This document shows, piece after piece, positions 23,968 to 32,949 of a stretch of DNA of 34,960 nt. Position 1 is the stretch's first letter. Each line of letters begins with the position of its first letter. The position numbers were made by a program, and so were the translations under genes. The stretch lies in NCBI GenBank assembly GCA_050115055.1, contig JASFRE010000001.1:1-34960 (forward strand), read 5' to 3'. The DNA comes from Candidatus Eiseniibacteriota bacterium. GTDB lineage: Bacteria > Eisenbacteria > RBG-16-71-46 > CAVPCR01 > CBDCWB01. Under the pieces are notes generated by a model. That model ran no database searches. It saw only the letters and a list, made by a program, of their open reading frames with translations, and was not told the origin of the DNA.

Positions 23968-23998
23968 GGGGCGGGCACCGTCACCGGCGACCCGCCCC
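23968..23998 (-). terminator. GC-rich stem-loop GGGGCGGG-N15-CCCGCCCC downstream of the C25 peptidase gene
   Basis: An 8-bp perfect G/C stem is seen directly, 48 nt after the stop at 24046 on the minus strand. There is no U-tract. Confidence 0.4.
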
Positions 23999-24045
23999 GC
24001 TCGCATCGAACCGCTCTCCGGGCATGCCCGGAGCTCCGCGTGGCG

Positions 24046-27000
24046 CTACTTCATGAGCACCATCTTCCGGGTCCGCGACGCGTCACCGGCCGTGACCCGG
24101 TAGAAGTAGATCCCCGACGACTGACCGCTCGCGTCCCACAGCACCTGCCGCACGCCGGCCGGCTCGACCCCGTCGACCAGCCGCGTCACGTGCTGTCCCC
24201 GCACGTTGAAGACGTCGACCGTGACGTGGCGCGCCTCGGGCAGCTCGTAGCTCAGGCGGGTGATCGGATTGAAGGGGTTCGGCAGGTTCGGTCGCACCGC
24301 GAAGCGGAGCGGCAGACCGGAGGCCGCCGGCCCGCCGACCGCCGTCGTCGAGCCGCCGATGCTCGGCACGAAGCGGATCGCCCGCCCCTGGGTCAGCGTC
24401 GCCGCCCCCGGGACGTAATCGTTCCAGTAGGTGTAGAGCAGGCCGTCGGAGTGATCGTGGTTCTGGATGCCGACCGACGCGTAGCCGTTCACGGGATCGT
24501 AGTTCTGCACCGTCTGGTACTGGAACTCGATGATCCCGTCACCGGTCGCCGTCGTGTGATAGGCCGGATCGTAGAGGATCACCTCGAAGGTCTCGGTGGC
24601 GCCGTTGTAGTCGTTGCGGAAGCGGCTCCACTCGATCGTCCAGGTGTGCGCGCCGCTGTCGTAGTGCTCGAACGCCTTCGACGAGCCGCTCGACTGGTAG
24701 AGGTTGTCCCAGAACGGGCAGAGCATCGCGTTGGGACCGCCGGCGCTCGGCAGCGACCAGTTGCGGTAGTTGGTGAGGTAGGTCTCGCCCATCGCCAGCC
24801 AGCCGTTCGAGCAGACCGTCGCCCGGTCGTAGTCGACGCCGTAGTAGCGGAAGGTGAACGGCAGGTCGACGATGCGCGACCGGTCCTGGTAGCCGCCGTA
24901 GTCGCCGAGCACCACCTCGGTGCCGTTGCCACCGTAGGTCGGGTCGAGCTCGATCCAGCTGTAGGTCGGCGCCTCGTCGTAGGCGGTATCCGTGTTGTCG
25001 AATGCCATGTAGCCGTAGGCATCGGGACCGAACGGGTCGTCCGTGGCCAGCTGACCGACCGGCACGGTCACGTACGCCGTGTCGACCGCGCCGCCCGAGA
25101 ACGACGTGATGACCAGCAGGCCGGCCTGGTGTCCCTCGTAGGTGTTGGCGGCGGCGCTCACGCCGAAGCGGTCGACCGTGTTCTCGCCCGCCCCGCCGAT
25201 CGAGATCGTGCCGAACGAGCCGGTGCCGTCGGTCACGGTGACGAACGGACTCGTCGAGACCAGCGTGCCGGTGATGCCCGTAGCGGTCACGCCGCCGGTG
25301 TTGACCAGCTGGACACTCAGCTCGATCGATTCGCCCGGATCGAGGAGGCCGTTGCCGCCGGCGTTATAGAGCGTGGTGCCGTGCGCACCGAGGGCGGCCG
25401 AGACAACCGGCAGCTCGAACTGCGAGTCCCAGCGCGTGAGCCCCGAGGTGACTGCCAGGTCGAAACGCAGGACGTGGCCGTCGGGGCAACCGCCGCTCAC
25501 GGTGAAGTCGAAGTCGTCCGCGCTCCACGCCGTGGCCCCGGCGGCGATGTTGCCGAAGATCTCCTCGGCGTCGGTGACCGTCACGTAGGGATCGCTGGAG
25601 CTGAGCGTCGCCTCGACGCCGGCCGCGGTATTGACCCCGAAGTTCCGGAGCAGCGTGCGGAGCTCGATCGATTCGGTCGGGTTGAGCTGCCCGTTGCCGT
25701 TGCCACTGCTGGTGCCGTTGCCGTCGTCATCGATGCCGAGGCTCTCGTAGCCGACGTAGATGTCGTACTGCACCACCGGCACCGTCGCCAGGAACGCGTG
25801 ACGGTTGCGCTGGGTCACCGTGAGCTGGAGATCGCCCGCCACGGCCTGATCGATCAGCAGATCGGCCCTGCCCGCGGCGTCCGTGAAGGCCACCACCGGC
25901 TCGCCGCCGTCGACCAGGGCACAGACCTGCGCACCGGCAGCCGGGGCGTCACCCGGTCCGGTCACGACGATCGGCAACGTGTTGGCCCCGACCGGCAGCT
26001 CGGACGGGTGGGAGACGGTGAACGGATCGGGATAGGCCTGGTAGACCTCGAGCGCGGGATCGCCCATCAGGTTGTTCCAGTAAGCCCAGATCTCCGCCTC
26101 CTGCGGCTCGCTGTTGCCGTAGCAGAGCCAGAGCTCGATCTTGCCGCGGGTCAGCGCCGCGCCCATCGTCAGCTCGTCGCGGATCAGGCCGTGCCACACA
26201 CCGTAGTAGATGCAGTTGTTGTAGCGCGTGTGCGTGCCGCTCGTGGCGGTGCCGATGGCGCCGATCCCGCCCCTCACGCCGGTCGCGCCGCTGCCGGCGC
26301 GCAGGAACCCCTCGGAGCGCGACGTGCTCGAGGCGAACGAGCCCGTGCCACAGGTCATGATGACGCAGAACGGCATCTCCCAGCCGTTGGTCAGCTGGTA
26401 GGTATCGGCGTTGCCCCAGCCGCTCATCCCTAGCCAGCCGCGGTAGCCGAAGACGGTGTCGCCACGATCGAGGGCCTCGCCCATCAGGTAGTCGAAGTTG
26501 CCGGAGAAGACCGTGTCGACCTCGGTGTAGCCGATCTCCAGCAGGCGCTCCTTGACCCACTGGTTGATGATCACCGTGCTCTGTCCCGAGCTCGACGGGT
26601 CACCGACCACGCAGCCACGCGTGAACCAGCCGGGATCATCCAGCATCGGTGGGTCGGTCTCGTAGCCGACGATCTTGTTGACGATGCGCTCGAGCTCGAC
26701 CAGGTCGCTGCCGTTGAACGACAGACGACCGATGTGCACGTCGGAGAGGATGTCGGAGCCCTCGAGAGTCGTGTAGGGATGATCACCTTCCCCGTGGTAG
26801 AAGCTCAGGTTCTCGTAGAAGCACGGCAGCGCGTAGGTGCCGCTGGCGTCGCCGACCAGCGTCACGTACTCCAGATTGAGCGACGGATCGTCGTAGACGC
26901 CCTGGATGAAGTTCTTGATCGAGGTCGTCGAGGTGCCGGTCTGGGCAGTGGTGGCAAAGAGGACCGGCGATCCCTTGCGCTGGCGCCACTCGATCAGCGG

Positions 27001-27771
27001 TTGCAGTCGGTCGATGACATTGGCGTTGTTGTAGCAGATCAGGAGATCGGTGCCGGGCGCGATCGACTGCGAGGCGTCCGGTCCCTCGTAGTTGACGACC
27101 ACGTCGCGGTAGATGCGGTCGAAGCTCGGCGGGATCGTCGAGCGCCGGACGCGGCGGGCGGCACGCGGGTCATCGCCCGTGAACGCGACCTCGACTCGCA
27201 TCCGACGGGTGATCTCCAGCGTGCGCGTCGCGGCGTTGTAGCGCACCGGCCGGAAGGTCAGGTCGACGACGCGGAGATCGCGCAGCACCGCCGGTTCGCC
27301 GACCGTCACGCGCTCCCCCGTGCCGCCGGTGTCCCCCGAGATCAGAGCGTCGCGCGCATAGGCCGCCTCGTCGTAAACGAAGGCGGCGTTCGGATCACCG
27401 TCCTGGAGCGGTGCCAGGAACACGTTGTCCCGCGTCTCGACCTCGAGGGGCTCGACGGTCACCTCCACCCCGCGACCGTCGGGAACCGCCACGAAACGTG
27501 AGAAGTTCGGGATCGCCGGCGCCCCGATGTCGCCAGCCAGCCCGCCACCGGCGATCGAGATCACGTCGAAGGCACGACCCGCCATCTCGACGGTCGCCGA
27601 CTTGAGCTCGGGCAGCTCGAGCTCGAGGCGCACGCCCTCGGAGGTGGTGTCGGTGACCTGGATGCTGGGCATCTCCCCGGCGGGCGGCAGCATGAGGGCA
27701 TCCTCGAATGCCAGCGCAGGGAGGGCGAACATCAGACAGCAGAGCACGCCGATCGGGACGAGACGACGCAT
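24046..27771 (-). CDS. Peptidase C25 (gingipain-like cysteine protease) with propeptide, two CARDB-like repeats, an extra beta-rich domain and a FlgD-Ig/T9SS-like C-terminal domain
   Basis: GGAGGA lies 4 nt upstream of the ATG, followed by the signal peptide MRRLVPIGVLCCLMFALPALA. Gingipain-type segments are YVTLVGDA, HGEGDHPYT and FCVIMTCGTGSF (candidate catalytic Cys). Tandem repeats are NPTESIELRTLLRNFG...VTVTD and DPGESIELSVQLVNTG...VTVTD. The tail is LPNPFNPITRLSYELPEARHVTVDVFNVRGQHVTRLVD...GIYFYRVTAGD. Confidence 0.85.
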   Translation of the reverse strand: MRRLVPIGVLCCLMFALPALAFEDALMLPPAGEMPSIQVTDTTSEGVRLELELPELKSATVEMAGRAFDVISIAGGGLAGDIGAPAIPNFSRFVAVPDGRGVEVTVEPLEVETRDNVFLAPLQDGDPNAAFVYDEAAYARDALISGDTGGTGERVTVGEPAVLRDLRVVDLTFRPVRYNAATRTLEITRRMRVEVAFTGDDPRAARRVRRSTIPPSFDRIYRDVVVNYEGPDASQSIAPGTDLLICYNNANVIDRLQPLIEWRQRKGSPVLFATTAQTGTSTTSIKNFIQGVYDDPSLNLEYVTLVGDASGTYALPCFYENLSFYHGEGDHPYTTLEGSDILSDVHIGRLSFNGSDLVELERIVNKIVGYETDPPMLDDPGWFTRGCVVGDPSSSGQSTVIINQWVKERLLEIGYTEVDTVFSGNFDYLMGEALDRGDTVFGYRGWLGMSGWGNADTYQLTNGWEMPFCVIMTCGTGSFASSTSRSEGFLRAGSGATGVRGGIGAIGTATSGTHTRYNNCIYYGVWHGLIRDELTMGAALTRGKIELWLCYGNSEPQEAEIWAYWNNLMGDPALEVYQAYPDPFTVSHPSELPVGANTLPIVVTGPGDAPAAGAQVCALVDGGEPVVAFTDAAGRADLLIDQAVAGDLQLTVTQRNRHAFLATVPVVQYDIYVGYESLGIDDDGNGTSSGNGNGQLNPTESIELRTLLRNFGVNTAAGVEATLSSSDPYVTVTDAEEIFGNIAAGATAWSADDFDFTVSGGCPDGHVLRFDLAVTSGLTRWDSQFELPVVSAALGAHGTTLYNAGGNGLLDPGESIELSVQLVNTGGVTATGITGTLVSTSPFVTVTDGTGSFGTISIGGAGENTVDRFGVSAAANTYEGHQAGLLVITSFSGGAVDTAYVTVPVGQLATDDPFGPDAYGYMAFDNTDTAYDEAPTYSWIELDPTYGGNGTEVVLGDYGGYQDRSRIVDLPFTFRYYGVDYDRATVCSNGWLAMGETYLTNYRNWSLPSAGGPNAMLCPFWDNLYQSSGSSKAFEHYDSGAHTWTIEWSRFRNDYNGATETFEVILYDPAYHTTATGDGIIEFQYQTVQNYDPVNGYASVGIQNHDHSDGLLYTYWNDYVPGAATLTQGRAIRFVPSIGGSTTAVGGPAASGLPLRFAVRPNLPNPFNPITRLSYELPEARHVTVDVFNVRGQHVTRLVDGVEPAGVRQVLWDASGQSSGIYFYRVTAGDASRTRKMVLMK

Positions 27772-28362
27772 GATTTCCTCCGCAATGGGAACGAAGACCG
27801 GGACTGGGCCACGGTCGCGCGGGTCATGAACTCGACGGCCTCGACACGGGATCCATCGGAGATGACCACGCGTGCCGGGGTCCGGCGCTGACGGACAGGG
27901 CGACCATCCGGGACGTCGCGGCGCCAGGAACGCACGCGTGTCCCGAGCCAGGGGCCTCCAGGGTTGCTTTGTCTACCCCGGCCGTGGGTGAGCCGCATGT
28001 CGGTCCTCGACGCGCGAGACCTGCGGGGGGCGGGACAGGGCAGCTGTGCAGGGGGCCTCGAGGCTACGAGGCAATGTGCAAGCCTCCCAAGATCTTAGCG
28101 GATCTGGCCGGGATGCGCCAGCGGCAGGTGCGGGGAACGGCCGGGAGCCGGCGCCGGCACGATGGGTCGAGGTCCGCCAGCAATCCTGCGCAGGACTGAG
28201 AACGGGTCGCGATAGCGATCGAACCGCGGCTCGCACCGGGTCTCCGCTCGCCTTCGGAGGTCATGCACAACGTCTTCCGCGCCAACGAGATGGCCGTGCG
28301 ACGCGGCTGCATCGATCACCGACGGTGAATCAATACATGAAGATTTCCCGCTAACTGTCTAC

Positions 28363-28372
28363 TCCTATAGGA
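28363..28372. promoter_or_regulatory. Perfect 10-bp palindrome TCCTATAGGA in an AT-rich patch upstream of the Rrf2 gene; candidate operator next to a TATGAT -10-like hexamer (28377-28382)
   Basis: Seen directly. It lies 55 bp upstream of the Rrf2 ATG, in one of the few AT-rich islands of the window. Rrf2-family regulators commonly autoregulate via palindromic sites. Confidence 0.35.
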
Positions 28373-28426
28373 CTGATATGATTTCGTGAATCCACGTACT
28401 CACAGCCCGTTCCGGCGAGAGGCCCG

Positions 28427-28897
28427 ATGAAGCTGCGCACGCGCGCCCGATACTCGCTCCGCATGATGATGGCCATCGCCAGCCTGTCATCGGACGGGCG
28501 GCACGTCGGTCTCGGCGAGGTCGCGAGCCGCTGCTCGATCTCGCGCAAGTACCTCGAGCAGCTGGTCACGGCGCTGCGCAACGCGCAGCTCGTGCGCGCC
28601 CACGCCGGCCGCAGCGGCGGCTACGCGCTGGCCCGGCGACCGGACGAGATCCGGGTGCGCGAGATCATCGAGGCCGCCATCGGCCCGATCGCCGTCACCG
28701 ATTGCGCCGGCGATCCGGGGAGCTGCGGCTACGCCGAGTTCTGTCACTGCTGGGGGCTGTGGTCGCTGATCAATCACCGCGTCACCGAGGTCCTGGACGA
28801 GCACACGCTCGCGGACATTTTGGACGACGACTGGCTCGGCAAGGTGCGGGAGGAGCTCGACGGACCGCGACGCGCCGGCAGCGAGACGACCGCCTAG
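28427..28897 (+). CDS. Rrf2 family transcriptional regulator (IscR/NsrR-like, probable Fe-S cluster ligands)
   Basis: GAGAGG lies upstream of the ATG. MKLRTRARYSLRMMMAIA....ISRKYLEQLVTALRNAQLVRAHAGRSGGYALARRPDEIRVREIIEA is a classical Rrf2 wHTH. The Cys cluster is C-x6-C-x5-C-x-C (TDCAGDPGSCGYAEFCHC). Confidence 0.9.
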   Translation: MKLRTRARYSLRMMMAIASLSSDGRHVGLGEVASRCSISRKYLEQLVTALRNAQLVRAHAGRSGGYALARRPDEIRVREIIEAAIGPIAVTDCAGDPGSCGYAEFCHCWGLWSLINHRVTEVLDEHTLADILDDDWLGKVREELDGPRRAGSETTA

Positions 28898-28957
28898 CTT
28901 CCGGTCCGACGGTCCCACGGCCGGGCCGTCGCCCGGCCAGAGGAGGGCAAACGGGGC

Positions 28958-29905
28958 ATGATGGCCATCCAGATCCTGACCTACGTGTGCGCGGCGATCT
29001 TCGTCGCCTTCTGTGTCGCGCGTGCAGTCCGCTACGCGCGCACGCCGCTCCATCTGCGCTGGGAGCTCTACCCGGTCGCGCACGAGAAGGGCCGGGCCGA
29101 ATACGGCGGCTCGATCTTCGAGGAGCTCGACTGGTGGACGAAGCCGCGTGAGATCGACCGGCTGAACGAGGCGAGCGAGATGTTCAAGGAGATCGTCCTC
29201 CTGAAGGGCGTGCGCCGCAACAACCCGGGCCTGTGGAGGTTCTCCTTCCCGTTCCACTTCGGTCTCTACATGGTGATCGTCTGGCTGGCCCTGCTGGTGG
29301 TGCTCGGCATCCTCGCCGCCGCCGGCGTCACGTTGGGCCCGGCCCTGTCACGCGCCACCGAGCTCGTGCTCGCCGTGACCGGCTACGGCGGTCTGCTGCT
29401 GACCGGGATCGGCGCCCTCGGCCTGCTCGTCCGCCGCCTCGGCGACGCAGAGCAGCGCCGCTACAGCGCCCCGGTCGAGTTCCTGAACCTGGCGTTCTTC
29501 CTGGTGGTGGTGGTGGTCGCCCTCTACGTGCAGGCGACCACCGACCCCTGGTTCCGCGGGCTCGGTGCCTTCTTCGCCTCGCTGGCGGCCTTCCGGCCGC
29601 CCGCGTCTCCGGTGTCGGCCGGGCTCCAGCTGCACGTCGCGCTCGGTGCACTGCTCATGGCCTACATCCCGCTCACGCGCATGTCGCACTTCGTCGCCAA
29701 GTACTTCCTGTATCACGACGTCCGCTGGTCGGACGATCCCAACCCGCGCGGCAGCGCCATCGAGGGCAGGGTCAAGAACGCCTTCGGCTACCGCATGCAC
29801 TGGACCGCCCCTCACATCCAGACCGGCAGGTCCTGGGGTGAGGTCGGCACGACGAGCCCCGAGCAGGACGCCGGGGAGCCCCGCCGCGAGGAGGCCAAGT
29901 CATGA
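28958..29905 (+). CDS. NarI-like membrane cytochrome b subunit (DsrM/HmcE/HmeC-type)
   Basis: GAGGAGGG lies 9 nt upstream of the ATG. There are about 5 hydrophobic helices with conserved His residues (PLHLRWELYPVAHEKG, FPFHFG, LQLHVALGALLMAYIPLTRMSHFVAKYFLYH). It has a 4-bp ATGA overlap with the HdrD-like gene. Confidence 0.7.
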   Translation: MMAIQILTYVCAAIFVAFCVARAVRYARTPLHLRWELYPVAHEKGRAEYGGSIFEELDWWTKPREIDRLNEASEMFKEIVLLKGVRRNNPGLWRFSFPFHFGLYMVIVWLALLVVLGILAAAGVTLGPALSRATELVLAVTGYGGLLLTGIGALGLLVRRLGDAEQRRYSAPVEFLNLAFFLVVVVVALYVQATTDPWFRGLGAFFASLAAFRPPASPVSAGLQLHVALGALLMAYIPLTRMSHFVAKYFLYHDVRWSDDPNPRGSAIEGRVKNAFGYRMHWTAPHIQTGRSWGEVGTTSPEQDAGEPRREEAKS

Positions 29906-31509
29906 ACCGGCACGACCTCAAGATCACCGACATCTCCAGGGCGGGCGAGCAGCTGACGCACATCGATCCGGCCGACCTCCAGCCGCTGCCGCATCCCTAC
30001 GAGGACTGGCAGGACAAGGGGATCTCCGAGCTCTCCGACGCCAAGCGCGCCAGCGCCGAGACCTCGCTCGACGGCATCATCGGCATGCGCATTCCGGTCC
30101 CGGAGACGGCGGAGGAGAAGGAGCGTCTGACCCGGAAGTTCCTGGCCGGCGTCGAGCGTCTGTTCAACGCCGAGGACAACTGGACCTTCCTGCAGCCGCT
30201 CCTCCTGTCGATGGAGAGCTGCGTCAAGTGCAACACCTGCGCCGAGGCCTGTCCCATCTTCGAGTCGAGCGGACGCAACGAGATCTACCGGCCGCTGTTC
30301 CGCGCCGAGATCCTCCGGCGCATCGCGCAAAAGCAGCGCTCGCCGCTCAACGGCATCCTCGGCAAGCTCCAGGGTTCGAACATCGACGTCACCTGGGAAA
30401 CGGTGGCGCGGCTCGGCGACCTCGCCTATCGCTGCACGCTCTGCCGGCGCTGCGCCCAGGCCTGCCCGATGGGCTGCGACAACGGCCTCATCGCACGCGA
30501 GCTCAGGAAGATCTTCTCGCAGGAGCTGGGACTGGCGCCCGACGAGCTGCATACCGACGGCACCGTGAAACACCTCAAGGTCGGCTCCTCGACCGGGATC
30601 AACCCGCATGCACTCATGGACATCCTCGAGTTCGCCGAGGAGGACATCGAGGACCGCATCGGCATGAAGATCAAGATCCCGATCGACAAGGCCGGGGCCG
30701 ACATCCTGATCATGCACAACGCCGGGGAATTCCTCTCCTGGCCGGAGAACCTCGAGGCCTTTGCCATCCTGTTCGAGCTCGCCGGGCTCTCCTGGACGAT
30801 CTCCAGCGACCTGGTCGGCTACGACTCGGTCAATTACGGTCTCTTCTACGACGACATCCAGTACACCCGCGTCACCATGAAGCACGCCGAGGTGGCGAAG
30901 AAGCTCGGCGTCAAGAAGGTGGTGATGGGCGAGTGCGGACACGCTCACAAGGCCTTCATGGCCACCGGCGACCGGATGTGGGTCGACGATCTCAACATTC
31001 CGCGCGAGAGCGCTCTGACGCTCATGGAGGACCTGGTCTGCAACGAGAAGATCATGGTCGATCCGTCGCGCAACGACTTCCCGGTGACCGTGCATGACCC
31101 GTGCAACATCGTACGCTCGATGGGCATCGTGCAGCCGCAGCGGCGCGTGCTCGAGAAGATCTGCCCGCAGTTCCGCGAGATGACTCCGCACGGCGTCGAC
31201 AACTACTGCTGCGGCGGCGGCAGCGGCTTCGCCATCATGCAGTCGAACAACTTCCCCGACTGGCGGATGCAGATCGCCGGTCGCAAGAAGTTCGCCCAGA
31301 TCCTGGGCGCCTTCCAGGACTGCATCTCGCCGGACGTGAACAAGTACGTCTGCGCGCCCTGCTCGAACTGCAAGGGTCAGATCCGGGATCTATTGACCTA
31401 CTACGACGCCTGGAATCGGACTAGAATCCTCTACGGTGGGCTCGTCGAGCTGGTGGTCAACGCCATGGTGGATGTCCGGGAGGGCTTCCTGGAGTGGGAG
31501 TTCCACTAG
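29902..31509 (+). CDS. HdrD/DsrK/HmcF-like (Fe-S)-binding protein with two 4Fe-4S ferredoxin motifs and CCG domains
   Basis: Motifs are CVKCNTCAEACP and CTLCRRCAQACP, then HDPCNIVR, YCCGGGSGF and CAPCSNCKGQ (CCG-type Cys motifs of heterodisulfide reductase D-like proteins). Confidence 0.85.
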   Translation: MNRHDLKITDISRAGEQLTHIDPADLQPLPHPYEDWQDKGISELSDAKRASAETSLDGIIGMRIPVPETAEEKERLTRKFLAGVERLFNAEDNWTFLQPLLLSMESCVKCNTCAEACPIFESSGRNEIYRPLFRAEILRRIAQKQRSPLNGILGKLQGSNIDVTWETVARLGDLAYRCTLCRRCAQACPMGCDNGLIARELRKIFSQELGLAPDELHTDGTVKHLKVGSSTGINPHALMDILEFAEEDIEDRIGMKIKIPIDKAGADILIMHNAGEFLSWPENLEAFAILFELAGLSWTISSDLVGYDSVNYGLFYDDIQYTRVTMKHAEVAKKLGVKKVVMGECGHAHKAFMATGDRMWVDDLNIPRESALTLMEDLVCNEKIMVDPSRNDFPVTVHDPCNIVRSMGIVQPQRRVLEKICPQFREMTPHGVDNYCCGGGSGFAIMQSNNFPDWRMQIAGRKKFAQILGAFQDCISPDVNKYVCAPCSNCKGQIRDLLTYYDAWNRTRILYGGLVELVVNAMVDVREGFLEWEFH

Positions 31510-31544
31510 AAATCCGACCATTCCGGTGACGCGCATCGGATTTC
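31509..31544 (+). other. 9-bp perfect inverted repeat GAAATCCGA-N18-TCGGATTTC immediately after the dsrK-like stop
   Basis: Seen directly. It overlaps the last base of the stop codon and sits 31 nt before the HEAT gene ATG. It could be an RNA stem-loop (attenuator or processing site) or a protein-binding site. Confidence 0.35.
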
Positions 31545-31575
31545 CCGCTCCGGGCTCCATGAGGAGCCACGCCAG

Positions 31576-32373
31576 ATGGGACTCTTCGCCAAGCACGATC
31601 ATCATCACTCCGACCCCCGCGTGCGCCTCGAGGCGATCGGCACCCTCGATGACGAGCGCGAGCTCGTCGAGGTGGCCTGCACCGACGACTCGCCGCGGGT
31701 GCGCATGGCAGCGGTCGAGCGACTGACCAGCGACGCCGCCCTCGCCGAGGTCGCCAAGGACGCCGCCGAGATCGACGTACGGCTGGCGGCCGTCGAGCGC
31801 ATCGGCTCCGAGCCGGTGATCGCCGGGATCCTGAAGGCGCGCAAGAACTACCAGCTGATGGGCGCCTGCTTCGCGCGCATCACCGACCGCGCGGTGCTCG
31901 AGTCGATCGCCCAGGACCCGGGCTACAACCCGACCGCGCGCCGCATGGCGGTCGAGCAGTTCGCCGACGAGTCCTACCTGACCGACCTGGCGCCCGCCGG
32001 CGCGGGCGGCGACGAGGACGGCGCAGGTCTCGACGAGGCGACGATCGCCGCCCTGCTCGAGCAGTACGGGGATGTGCGCGTCGTCCGCGCCGTCGGTCGC
32101 TTCCGCCGCAGCGAGAAGGCGCTCAGGGCGCTCGGCGTCGTGGCGCGGCGCGGCGGCGAGGCGGGCGGCCTGGCAGTCGAGTACCTCTGCCGTGCCCTGG
32201 CCAGCTCGAACCCGTCGGTACGCGAGTGCGCGGCGGATCAGCTCTCCGGGCTCGCCGATCCGGAGCTCGTGGCCCAGCTCATCCGCGCGCTCGACGAACC
32301 CAAGCTGCACGCGCCGATCCGCGACATCCTGCGGCGGATCGACACGCCGGAGGCGCGCGCAGCGCTCGGGTAG
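31576..32373 (+). CDS. HEAT-repeat (PBS-lyase HEAT-like) protein
   Basis: Repeated D/N-P-x-VR-x-x-A motifs occur: DPRVRLEAI, SPRVRMAAVERL, DVRLAAVERI, NPTARRMAVEQF and NPSVRECAADQL. GAGGAG lies upstream of the ATG. Confidence 0.7.
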   Translation: MGLFAKHDHHHSDPRVRLEAIGTLDDERELVEVACTDDSPRVRMAAVERLTSDAALAEVAKDAAEIDVRLAAVERIGSEPVIAGILKARKNYQLMGACFARITDRAVLESIAQDPGYNPTARRMAVEQFADESYLTDLAPAGAGGDEDGAGLDEATIAALLEQYGDVRVVRAVGRFRRSEKALRALGVVARRGGEAGGLAVEYLCRALASSNPSVRECAADQLSGLADPELVAQLIRALDEPKLHAPIRDILRRIDTPEARAALG

Positions 32374-32425
32374 CAGCGTCCGGCCGGTGCCGGAGCGGCG
32401 GCCTGAAGGTCCGAGGAGGCTCACG

Positions 32426-32824
32426 ATGCCGAAGACGATCCTGGTCATCGACGACGAGAAGGACATGCGCGTCTACCTGAGCACGCTGTTCAGACAGGCC
32501 GGCTACGAGGTGGTGACCGCCGACAACGGTGAGGAGGGCCTGCGACTGGCCCGCGAGACGCCGCCGGACCTGATCACGCTCGACGTCCTGATGCCGCGCA
32601 AGTCCGGTGTCCGCGCCTACCAGGAGCTCAGGCACGCGCCCGAGACCCGGGACGTGCCGATCGTCATCCTGACCGGGCTCGCCCAGCAGCAGGACCTGTT
32701 CGGCGAGGAGCTGGGATCGCTGCCGCGCCCGGATGCGATCTGCGACAAGCCGATCGACCGTGAGGTCTTCCTCGGGCGCGTGAAGGGGCTGCTCGGCGAC
32801 GCCGTGTCGACCGACTCGAGCTGA
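32426..32824 (+). CDS. Single-domain CheY-like response regulator receiver
   Basis: ORF 32072..32824, trimmed to the ATG at 32426, which has GAGGAGG 6 nt upstream. Motifs are MPKTILVIDDEKDMR, PDLITLDVLMPRKSG (phospho-acceptor Asp), PIVILTG and CDKP. Confidence 0.85.
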   Translation: MPKTILVIDDEKDMRVYLSTLFRQAGYEVVTADNGEEGLRLARETPPDLITLDVLMPRKSGVRAYQELRHAPETRDVPIVILTGLAQQQDLFGEELGSLPRPDAICDKPIDREVFLGRVKGLLGDAVSTDSS

Positions 32825-32949
32825 CACGATCCCGCGCGCGCTTCCGGCGTCGGCCCCACGGCCGGCCGGGATCGCCTCCCCGACGCGGGAACGTCTGACC
32901 CCGCTGACGGAGGCAATCGGGGGCGCGAGTGGACGGAGCGACGTGACCG

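Noticed and set aside
23863-26433. 856-aa + strand ORF antisense to the C25 peptidase
   Set aside because: The translation is low-complexity and rich in Arg, Val, Ala and Asp, with no signal peptide or domain motif. The opposite strand encodes a coherent gingipain-like protein with an RBS and a signal peptide.
28205-28235. GGTTCGATC-like T-loop sequence on the minus strand suggesting a tRNA
   Set aside because: The flanking bases do not form a T-stem, and no acceptor or anticodon arms can be drawn.
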